A stretch of DNA of 64,000 nt from a virus. The stretch is taken from IMG/VR virus record IMGVR_UViG_3300003873_000003, positions 54,361-118,360 of that record; one strand, given 5' to 3'. Below are positions 56,173 through 64,000 of the stretch, piece by piece. Both the position numbers and the translations under genes were made by a program. Position 1 is the first letter of the stretch, and each line of letters opens with the position of its first letter. Under the pieces are notes generated by a model that worked only from the letters and a program-made list of their open reading frames with translations, did not search any database and had not been told where the DNA came from.

Positions 56173-57942
56173 ATGCAGTTAGTCTCAATAACCTCGCAAG
56201 AGGGTCTCGCAAAGGCTAATGCTGTAAGTAATGGCTTAGGCTATAGTATCGTGGTGACTGGTTTCAGTATCTCGGCTATAGGTAACGGTACTACGGGTGT
56301 GGTTGCAACCCGCACTTACGCTAACCGAAATGCTACTTGGTACACGGCTGCCATCAGCAAGCATTCCCCCTCTAACAGTGCTATTATGACAGTTCAATGC
56401 ACTATCCCCCAAGGTGCTGCAACTGTAGTGACAAAGGTTGCCGAGATTTACTTGGAAGGAACCTTGGGTGGCGTGCCGTTTTTGATAGCTACTGCCGCAC
56501 CCGATGCACCTCTTACTTATGACCCCGCAGGTAGCTTAACTTTAGAGCTAAGTACGCAACTCCTTAGTGCAATAGCGAGCAGTGTAACCTACAACATAAG
56601 CTCCGCTGTTGAGATTGGTATACACGAAACCAACTCAAGTATGCACCCTCTGAACAACTTAGGTGGAAACAGAGCCCCTACCGTAAACGATGATGTGATA
56701 GCAGGATATTCGCCTAAGTCACAGTGGGTTTGGGGTACTCGTATTTGGTACTGTACCAGTAATGCGGCTAGAGCCGCCGTGTGGCGTGAACTCGTACCTA
56801 CATCGCAAAGAAATACTGCCAATGGATACGCAGGTCTTACAAATGGTTTGTTGACATTGAGCCAAGTACCTGTACTTCCTAAAACAAGGGTGGGTCTTGG
56901 TAATGTAAATAACACCTCTGATGTGAACAAGCCCGTGTCAACGGCAACACAGAATGCTTTGAATCTTAAAGTTCCTCTAAGCCAAAGGAACGTGGCTTTA
57001 GGCTATGAGGGGTTAGATGCAAACGGGCGACCTATGAATAGCTTGGTAGCTCCTAACGGGAGAGCCTCGAACCTTGGAGCGAGTACGACTGTTACTGGCT
57101 TTGACCTAAACTACATTGCTTACGCCTTACCTTCGGGTTTGTATGACGGCATCAACATGACCAACACTCCTCAAAATGATAAAGGTTGGTGGTATGTTCA
57201 GAACTACCGCCACTCTAGTAATGGCATAAACAATGTGTGGGCTTATCAGGTGGCAACCGCCTTCGGTACAGGTCATACTGTAGTAGGTTTAACGGGTGGG
57301 GATACCTACGAGAGACACGCTGTGATGGTAGGTACTACTGTTACTTGGAGTGCTTGGCGTAAGGCAGGAGTCCCTATAGCGACAGCAGCGCAGGCTTTAG
57401 GCGGTACGGATAATGCCACTATTATGACCCCCTTGAGGGTGAAATCTTATGTGGATACATACGTCACACCCCTCCTCCCTGCTCCTACAGGTGATGTGCT
57501 GTATGATATACCAGGGACTTACTACTGGACAACCCCAGCTAAGGTGACATACATAGAGCTTTCCGTTTCAGGTGGTGCAGGTGCTGGTAGCAACATAGCC
57601 TCTGGTGGGATACCTGGGTCTACTGTTAACAGGTTTCCCACAACTGGCGGTACTACATATACCATAGTAGTGGGGGCAGGTGGGAACTCGTGGAACATAT
57701 ACAAGGATTCTGCGGGAGGTACCCCATCTAGTGTGTCTTCGCCTACGAAGACACTAATTACGGCACAGGGCGGTGATGGCGCACTGGGTCCTCCGACAGG
57801 TGCAGGGTGGCAGATTAGCCCCCGAGGTGTCACGGTTGACCCTAGTGCATTAACACCGATTGCTTTAACTCTACACACATCTGTCCCCGGAGGTATCATG
57901 ACTAAAGGTGGAGATGGTACTGTGTACCTTCATTATTCATAA
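56173..57942 (+). CDS. tail fibre protein
   Basis: IT..GL N-terminus, VGLGNVNNTSDVNKPVSTA repeat, IMTPLRV, Gly-rich C-terminal domain. Confidence 0.85.
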   Translation: MQLVSITSQEGLAKANAVSNGLGYSIVVTGFSISAIGNGTTGVVATRTYANRNATWYTAAISKHSPSNSAIMTVQCTIPQGAATVVTKVAEIYLEGTLGGVPFLIATAAPDAPLTYDPAGSLTLELSTQLLSAIASSVTYNISSAVEIGIHETNSSMHPLNNLGGNRAPTVNDDVIAGYSPKSQWVWGTRIWYCTSNAARAAVWRELVPTSQRNTANGYAGLTNGLLTLSQVPVLPKTRVGLGNVNNTSDVNKPVSTATQNALNLKVPLSQRNVALGYEGLDANGRPMNSLVAPNGRASNLGASTTVTGFDLNYIAYALPSGLYDGINMTNTPQNDKGWWYVQNYRHSSNGINNVWAYQVATAFGTGHTVVGLTGGDTYERHAVMVGTTVTWSAWRKAGVPIATAAQALGGTDNATIMTPLRVKSYVDTYVTPLLPAPTGDVLYDIPGTYYWTTPAKVTYIELSVSGGAGAGSNIASGGIPGSTVNRFPTTGGTTYTIVVGAGGNSWNIYKDSAGGTPSSVSSPTKTLITAQGGDGALGPPTGAGWQISPRGVTVDPSALTPIALTLHTSVPGGIMTKGGDGTVYLHYS

Positions 57943-57965
57943 CAATAGAACCTAGGAGACCTGCT

Positions 57966-58403
57966 ATGCCACGCTATGCACTAATCGACAAGAACTTAAA
58001 CTCCGTGTTTGATGTTGTAGAGGCTTCAGAACCCCCGAGTGGGGCGAGTGCTGCCTACCTTGTAGTCGATATTACCAATAATATAGATAGCTGTCTGATA
58101 AATAGAGATACTTTATATGACGTTGCTTCTAAAACGTTTATTATACCTGACAAGTACAGGTGGAGAGCCTTCGAGGTTAAGAGAAGGCTAGAAATCGAAG
58201 AGCTGGAGTTTGAGTACGCTCGTAACTCCAGAGAGACACGTATGGGGAAGACCCCAACGAGGTCAAAGGCTGACATGCAGAAGCTAGATGTCTATATCCA
58301 GCTTTTGTGTGATATTCCTGTGACTGGAAAGCAATCTCCTCCATTAGAGCTGCCTCCGAGACCTTCCCCATTCCCAAGCTGCCCTAACCCTAGAATTGTA
58401 TGA
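57966..58403 (+). CDS. tail fibre assembly chaperone (putative)
   Basis: Follows fibre; YIQLLCDIP...P..P motif. Confidence 0.6.
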   Translation: MPRYALIDKNLNSVFDVVEASEPPSGASAAYLVVDITNNIDSCLINRDTLYDVASKTFIIPDKYRWRAFEVKRRLEIEELEFEYARNSRETRMGKTPTRSKADMQKLDVYIQLLCDIPVTGKQSPPLELPPRPSPFPSCPNPRIV

Positions 58404-58438
58404 GGTGCAAGCAGTTAAACTATAAAAGGAGAACAAAC

Positions 58439-58741
58439 ATGAGCGAACAAGACATTGAAAACAAACTACAGGACAAAGGGTTGAATGCACCCCGACTATC
58501 ACCTGAGCTAATTGATAGTGTTATCGTTAGTGAGACTTTCACGAAGCTCCCTAGCGGTAAGTGCCTCATTTGCGAGCTAACGCTTGTTAATGGATTCACT
58601 GTAAGAGGCGAATCAGCTTGTGTGAGCGTTGCTAATTTCGACCTAGAGATTGGGAAAGAGGTTTCACGCAAGAACGCACGAGCTAAGATATGGGGATTCG
58701 AGGGCTACTTGCTTCAACAACGTCTGTACGAAAATCAATAA
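58439..58741 (+). CDS. phage Gp49/Gp66-family protein
   Basis: LNAPRL, L.NGFTV.GESACVS..NFD.EIG...A..KIW.FEGYLL. Confidence 0.88.
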   Translation: MSEQDIENKLQDKGLNAPRLSPELIDSVIVSETFTKLPSGKCLICELTLVNGFTVRGESACVSVANFDLEIGKEVSRKNARAKIWGFEGYLLQQRLYENQ

Positions 58742-58758
58742 AAACTGATTAACCTAGG

Positions 58759-58793
58759 AGCCTACATGACCACCATATCATGTAGGCTTTTTT
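58759..58793 (+). terminator. intrinsic terminator
   Basis: AGCCTACATGA/TCATGTAGGCT plus T-run. Confidence 0.8.
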
Positions 58794-58842
58794 GTCTCTA
58801 ATTTATGCTGCATGGGATGTACCCTCCCTGCTGGAGACTATA

Positions 58843-59232
58843 ATGAAGCTTAATCGTGTCGCATCTAGGCACATACCCCCAAAGAACGTATTTTGCAATA
58901 GCAAACATGAGCTTTTAGAGCCTTTGGAAATGATGCACACAACAGTACCCACTGGATTCATCTCCGATGGAGTAACAATACCACCTTGGTTGTTCTTTAT
59001 CGCACAATCGTCAGGTAGGATACTAGAACCTGCTATACTACACGACTATCTATTGAGCCGATTAGACCCCCTTAGTAGCCGTGGTGGAGCAGACAAAGAG
59101 TTTATCGAAGAGTGCGCCCGATACGGGCTGCGCTGCAAGAGAAGGTATTTAATATACGCAACTGTGAGGGTTTACGGGGTTATAGTTGTATCTTTAAGGA
59201 GGCTCAAACGATATGTTTTTAATAAATCATAA
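58843..59232 (+). CDS. DUF1353-family protein
   Basis: VPTGFISDG.TIP...AILHDYL...AD..F...Y.TVR.YG. Confidence 0.85.
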   Translation: MKLNRVASRHIPPKNVFCNSKHELLEPLEMMHTTVPTGFISDGVTIPPWLFFIAQSSGRILEPAILHDYLLSRLDPLSSRGGADKEFIEECARYGLRCKRRYLIYATVRVYGVIVVSLRRLKRYVFNKS

Positions 59233-59785
59233 TGACAGACCCATTGACGTGTTTCTCGTCAATGGAGACATAACTAGCGTACCACCGCAGGTGATTACGG
59301 ATATAGGTACAATCAATGCAGCTATACCACTACCGCCTAGAGTAGTTGAGTTCGTACCACCTAACGCCAAGCCTGTCATTCCCCCGGGACCTGCGTACCC
59401 TACATTTCCGTTCCCAGGTATGACCATATCGGGTGTATCGGGTGTTGGAGTTACTGAATTTTGGGATGGTACGGCATGGGTTCCTCTAACTGTGGCAGGT
59501 GGCGGTGGTTCCGCTGTATGGAAGCCATATAACCCTGCTACACCTGTGGCTTCGAAGGATATGCTGATGGTGGACACGAGTGTCGCCCCTGTTACTATTG
59601 CCCTTCCGTTAGGTGTTAGTGGTGAGAGTATCGGTTTCTTGGATGCTAAGGGTACTTTCGTAACGAACAACCTAACACTCACATCTACAGCCCCTGATAC
59701 CTTCATGGGTTTACCTTCGCCTTTAGTTCATTCAGTATCTCGTACCCTGATACTTACTTCTACGGGTGGTGACTGGAGGTTCTAA
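59213..59785 (+). CDS. tail fibre/receptor-binding module protein 1
   Basis: WDGTAW motif; C-terminal VDTS...ITLP...D..G.F..NN...DWR domain. Confidence 0.65.
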   Translation: MFLINHNDRPIDVFLVNGDITSVPPQVITDIGTINAAIPLPPRVVEFVPPNAKPVIPPGPAYPTFPFPGMTISGVSGVGVTEFWDGTAWVPLTVAGGGGSAVWKPYNPATPVASKDMLMVDTSVAPVTIALPLGVSGESIGFLDAKGTFVTNNLTLTSTAPDTFMGLPSPLVHSVSRTLILTSTGGDWRF

Positions 59786-60422
59786 ATGAGTAACAGTATG
59801 GATTTCAAAGAGGATTGCAGTACCATTCTTGCACACAATATAGGAGACTAACATGACTAGCAGAACGAATAAATATGAGGAACCCTCGCTTACATACCTT
59901 ATCGAGATAAGGGAGTATCGGGAGACTCTAACTCACAGAAGAGAGGATGGGAAGGCTTTGGGTGACCTTCCTCGTGAGGAGGCGGATGCCTACTTCAAGA
60001 AAGTGGAGAAAGAAACGTACAATATGCTCCTTGATACCCATAAGCAGGTGATGGTTAGCTCTATCCGAATGAGGGAAGAGCAACTTATCAGCCAAGACAG
60101 GTACGTGGACATGTACGCTATGCAGCAAGCCGAGTTCCTGAAACGTGATGACCACAAAGCTAGAACCCCTATTACAGATGCTATAGCCGCTGCGAGAGGT
60201 ATCACAAGAGAAGCTTTGTTTGACAAGATTGCAGCGAAGCTTGCCGAAAAAGCGGTAGCCTTAGGGGCTCTAGGTAAAAAGCGTGACGGCATTAAAGCAG
60301 CTAAGACCTTCGAGGAAGTTGATGCGTTGATGAGCTGACGATATTTCATCCAGCAACAATGCACCCACGAAGGGAACAAAGTGGAGGTTCTAAATGAGCA
60401 ACAGTATGGATTTCAAAGAGGA
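59774..60422 (+). repeat. 41-bp direct repeat flanking an inserted gene
   Basis: TGGAGGTTCTAAATGAGYAACAGTATGGATTTCAAAGAGGA at 59774-59814 and 60382-60422, one mismatch. Confidence 0.9.
59853..60338 (+). CDS. tail fibre assembly-like protein
   Basis: TPITDAIAAARGI...KI..K...IKAAKT.EEV pattern common in fibre-associated genes. Confidence 0.6.
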   Translation: MTSRTNKYEEPSLTYLIEIREYRETLTHRREDGKALGDLPREEADAYFKKVEKETYNMLLDTHKQVMVSSIRMREEQLISQDRYVDMYAMQQAEFLKRDDHKARTPITDAIAAARGITREALFDKIAAKLAEKAVALGALGKKRDGIKAAKTFEEVDALMS

Positions 60423-61494
60423 GTGGGTTCCCGTAAGGGGTCCCACAACCCTCAAGACTAAGATTAAACCAATACTAAACCAAAAGTTTTATGATGAAAC
60501 AACATTAGTCCAAGAGAAATGGGATGGTACAGCATGGGTTCCTGATGTGGTTACTCCGCTATTACCACCAAGAGAAGGTGCTGTGGGTCGTACACCAACG
60601 AAGAACTGGCGTATCAAGGTACTGTCTGCAACTGATGGTGCAAACAATATCATCTTTGACCCTGTTAATGGTGTAGGTAATCAGAAGTCATTTTACTTCT
60701 GCTTACCTGTGTTCACCAACTCTGATGGAACTACAATTTCTACGATACCGACAGTTAAGCTTGTCGGTATCATAAACAACTACAGCCTAGGTACTAACAT
60801 GCGTGGGGGGGCTAAAGACACTCTAAGAGCGAGTAATGTGCTAGGGTCAGGTTACATAGAAATGACTTTCAGTGTACCCGTTGATGGGACTTCCTATAAG
60901 ATGGTAGACGCAGCAGGTTCCTTAGTGCGCTCGTGGGACTTAGAAGCATCTTATGACAATGGCGCAACGTGGTCAGTAGTTGACTCCCAACGGTCTTTTG
61001 TTCGTGGTGCATCAGCCACCTCGACACCGTACTATGGAAGCACATCTTCGCTATTCGCAAACACGTTTTACATGGACATAACCACCAATGCTCCATCGTA
61101 CCCCTCCAATCCTGTGGAGGGTCAGAGATTCTATAACAAGACCTCCAAGCAGGATATGAAGTTTGATTCAGCCACCAATAGTTGGGTTCCTGTTACGCCT
61201 GCTATCCCTAAGTGGAAAGTAATATCGGCTGCCTATACAGCGGTCAACCTAGAATCACTAGCCCTTGATACATCTAGTGGTGTAGCATTTGCTGTTGTCT
61301 TGCCTGCCAATCCAAAAGACGGCGATGTGATAAGGTTTTCTGACTATGCAGGCTCTTGGGGACAAACACCACCTAAACTTGTCCGTGCCGCTGTAAGTGA
61401 CTCTATAATGGGATTGAATGAGGATGTCACACTAGATGTTCGAGGATGGAGTTTCGAGCTTAGATTCATAGGCACGGACTGGAGGATTATTTAA
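60394..61494 (+). CDS. tail fibre/receptor-binding module protein 2
   Basis: WDGTAW, discoidin-like core (WDLEASYDNGATW), YP.NP..GQ.FY linker, shared C-terminal domain. Confidence 0.7.
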   Translation: MSNSMDFKEEWVPVRGPTTLKTKIKPILNQKFYDETTLVQEKWDGTAWVPDVVTPLLPPREGAVGRTPTKNWRIKVLSATDGANNIIFDPVNGVGNQKSFYFCLPVFTNSDGTTISTIPTVKLVGIINNYSLGTNMRGGAKDTLRASNVLGSGYIEMTFSVPVDGTSYKMVDAAGSLVRSWDLEASYDNGATWSVVDSQRSFVRGASATSTPYYGSTSSLFANTFYMDITTNAPSYPSNPVEGQRFYNKTSKQDMKFDSATNSWVPVTPAIPKWKVISAAYTAVNLESLALDTSSGVAFAVVLPANPKDGDVIRFSDYAGSWGQTPPKLVRAAVSDSIMGLNEDVTLDVRGWSFELRFIGTDWRII

Positions 61495-62354
61495 TGTCTT
61501 TTTTATCCGATTTTGTTAACGTATATAACCCTGCGCCCAAATCAGGGGCAGTAGGTATACAAAGCTCTAACAAGTTTAGATTGAATATAACAAAAGGTAT
61601 CACTGTGGAGATGTTCCTATCTGAATTTAAGTTATACGATGCCGCTGGGCTTGTTAACTTATCCACTGCAACAGCTAAAGTTACAGTCGCTACTAACCCT
61701 AAGAACATCGGTGTGGCGTTAACCAACAACGGTACTGCTGGCGTATCAGATATGTTCAACCTCGTGAACGGCAAAGGTATATACGAGGTGACTCTAACTG
61801 CCCCTGTAAACATTACTGCTTACGCTCTATCGTTTTTCATGCGATGGAATGCTATGGAGGCTCCTAGCAGCTACACATTCGAGACATCGTATGACGGTGG
61901 GTTGACTTGGGTAGCTTTGGATACCGTTGTCAACAAAACGAACTGGCAAGATAGAGTCTTGGTAAAGACTACACTAGCCATAGGTACGTACCCTGCCGCA
62001 CCGCAGAAAGGGCAGCTTTTCTATGATGAGACTAAACAGGGGGAAATGCGCTATGATGGTGCGGGCTGGGTTCCATTATTCCCTAAGTGGAAAGTAGTAT
62101 CGGCTGCCTACAGTGCCATACCCGATGACAAGCTCCTTGTTGATACATCTGCCGCAGCCGTCACTGTTACCCTTCCATCTCTACCTCAAGTGGGGACAGA
62201 AGTAGCCCTGCTCGATTCCGCAGGGACTTGGGGTACAAACAATGTGACAGTGACAGCTAAGACCACTATACAAGGGTTACCTAGCCCCTTGTCGCTAACA
62301 ATTTCATCTAAACGTGTCGTGCTTGTGTTTAACGGTACAGAGTGGAGGCTATAA
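61494..62354 (+). CDS. tail fibre/receptor-binding module protein 3
   Basis: FETSYDGGLTW core, same linker and C-terminal domain. Confidence 0.7.
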   Translation: MSFLSDFVNVYNPAPKSGAVGIQSSNKFRLNITKGITVEMFLSEFKLYDAAGLVNLSTATAKVTVATNPKNIGVALTNNGTAGVSDMFNLVNGKGIYEVTLTAPVNITAYALSFFMRWNAMEAPSSYTFETSYDGGLTWVALDTVVNKTNWQDRVLVKTTLAIGTYPAAPQKGQLFYDETKQGEMRYDGAGWVPLFPKWKVVSAAYSAIPDDKLLVDTSAAAVTVTLPSLPQVGTEVALLDSAGTWGTNNVTVTAKTTIQGLPSPLSLTISSKRVVLVFNGTEWRL

Positions 62355-62355
62355 A

Positions 62356-63990
62356 GTGTCTGATTTACGTGACTTAAAACCTGAGTGGCGAACAATACCT
62401 GATTCGGTATCAACTGTGGAACGTGATGGGATTTACCACCCTCCATTGAACCACGTTGTGTTCAATATAGATACCAACCAACCCGAACGTTGGGATGGAA
62501 CTAAGTGGGTGTCTGCTAGTAACAGCTACACCCCTCCACCACTGTCGGGACCCGTAGGGATGCAGCCTACAGATTTATGGCGTATCCGTGTTACAAAGAT
62601 ACACTCCGCTAATGGCAACGGTTATACGGACTTACTTGTTCTCGGCTCGTTTCTGACTACAGATACGGCAGGCACAATACCCGTAGCTGGGACACCTGTT
62701 GGTACACTAGCACAGACAGTAGGCGGTACTACCACCCGAACAGCACAGACCCTACCAGCGTCATACAATGCCATTTCGGTTCCACACCTTGCGGGGGCAC
62801 CTGCAAGTGGGTATGCCACCTTCGCTTTAGACTATGCAATAGAGTACGCCTACCCTGCGCCTGTAGCACCTATGGGGGTTAAGATGCCTCAAGCCGCAGG
62901 TAGCCTTCCTACCCAATACCTAGTTGACTATACAATAGATGCCTCCTACGATGGTGGGAAAACGTGGGCTAACATCCATACGGTTGTAGGGGAACCCCAA
63001 CCGACACTTGGTGCATACAGCAAGTCTTATGCCTTAACTGTTAAGGACTATCCTGCTAACCCCGTTAGCGGTCAAACGTTCTTCAATGAAACCACCCAAA
63101 AGGAAATGCGGTTTAATGGGTCTAAATGGGTTCTTGCTAACCCTACTTCCACACCGTATACGCCACCTCCTTTATCGGGACCTATAGGCGGTGCATCTGC
63201 CTCATTGTGGAGAGTCTATTTTGACGCAGCGACTGTAGGCTCTGTTAATACCACGGCTATTCTATTTTGGGCAGATGCTGCTTCTACTGTGACGATTGAC
63301 GCAACTGTGGCAACCATCACGACTAATATGACCGTAAATGCGGGGGCTGTTGCAAACCTAGGGTCAGGAACTACCTATGCTTATACAATAGTACAGGCAG
63401 GTGGGTACATTGAGATTGCCTTCCCTGCTGCTATCTCGCCTATTTCATGGACGTATAAGCCTGGGGCGGGAGCTGCTGGCAATAGTGTCGATGTTACACT
63501 AAAGCATTCTTTGGATGGTGGGACAACTTGGTTAAACTCGGATGTGCAGACTGGCGTGCCTATTGATAACACTCGCCACGATTTCGTTCTTCCTGTACCG
63601 ACATACCCCGCTAACCCTGTTAAAGGTCAAACGTTCTTCAATGAAACCACACAAACACGGATGCGGTTTGATGGTACTACGTGGGTGGTAGCTGTTCGCA
63701 CATACACCCCACCTGTGTGGCAAGTAATATCTGCTGCGCATACGGCAGTTCCTATGGAAAAGCTTATGGTTGATACGTCTGTCGCCCCTGTAACTATAAC
63801 CCTACCTGCAACACCGAAACTTGGTGATAGCGTCATGGTAAGTGATGCGGCAGGTTCTTTCGCTACAAATAATTGTTCCGTAGACCCTGGCACCAACACC
63901 TTGATGGGTGTGGCAGCTATTATGACCTTGAGTGTCAATAACGTAGGCGCAGAGTTCGTCTTTACTGGTTCCGATTGGAGGATAGCATGA
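62356..63990 (+). CDS. tail fibre/receptor-binding module protein 4 (two core domains)
   Basis: Likely GTG start at 62356; ASYDGGKTW and HSLDGGTTW cores, duplicated linker, shared C-terminal domain. Confidence 0.7.
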   Translation: MSDLRDLKPEWRTIPDSVSTVERDGIYHPPLNHVVFNIDTNQPERWDGTKWVSASNSYTPPPLSGPVGMQPTDLWRIRVTKIHSANGNGYTDLLVLGSFLTTDTAGTIPVAGTPVGTLAQTVGGTTTRTAQTLPASYNAISVPHLAGAPASGYATFALDYAIEYAYPAPVAPMGVKMPQAAGSLPTQYLVDYTIDASYDGGKTWANIHTVVGEPQPTLGAYSKSYALTVKDYPANPVSGQTFFNETTQKEMRFNGSKWVLANPTSTPYTPPPLSGPIGGASASLWRVYFDAATVGSVNTTAILFWADAASTVTIDATVATITTNMTVNAGAVANLGSGTTYAYTIVQAGGYIEIAFPAAISPISWTYKPGAGAAGNSVDVTLKHSLDGGTTWLNSDVQTGVPIDNTRHDFVLPVPTYPANPVKGQTFFNETTQTRMRFDGTTWVVAVRTYTPPVWQVISAAHTAVPMEKLMVDTSVAPVTITLPATPKLGDSVMVSDAAGSFATNNCSVDPGTNTLMGVAAIMTLSVNNVGAEFVFTGSDWRIA

Positions 63991-64000
63991 GTGATATAAG

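Noticed and set aside
1-64000. Prophage or alternative genetic code
   Set aside because: No integrase, att site or host genes; genes read as full length under the standard code with TAA, TAG and TGA all used as stops.

Overview
A 64-kb segment of a large lytic myovirus (contractile-tailed, jumbo-like dsDNA phage); no host can be assigned from sequence alone. Positions 1-10.4 kb are minus-strand genes: a PAAR spike-tip gene at the edge, three helical paralogues, SbcC/Rad50, small membrane proteins, a DnaX-like clamp loader and a Cas4-like nuclease. A C/A-rich plus-strand block (10.5-14.2 kb) ends in a structured leader RNA and a divergent family-A polymerase-like gene, where strand composition visibly flips (candidate origin). 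Next come the portal, an ADP-ribosyltransferase-like gene and self-contained accessory cassettes, then a TGT/DpdA-like gene, a SWIM protein, a sigma factor, SSB, RecA, SbcD, primase and RuvC. The rest is a head-neck-tail-baseplate-fibre region ending in tandem paralogous receptor-binding proteins. The most notable items are (1) the ncRNA + PolA-like enzyme + skew-switch module and (2) a head-region cluster of a CxxCxxCC (YkgJ/FliB-like) protein, a histone-H1-like protein and six Tudor-like domains. All calls come from motifs read by eye; no database searches were run. No tRNA, rRNA, CRISPR array, integrase or terminase was seen.
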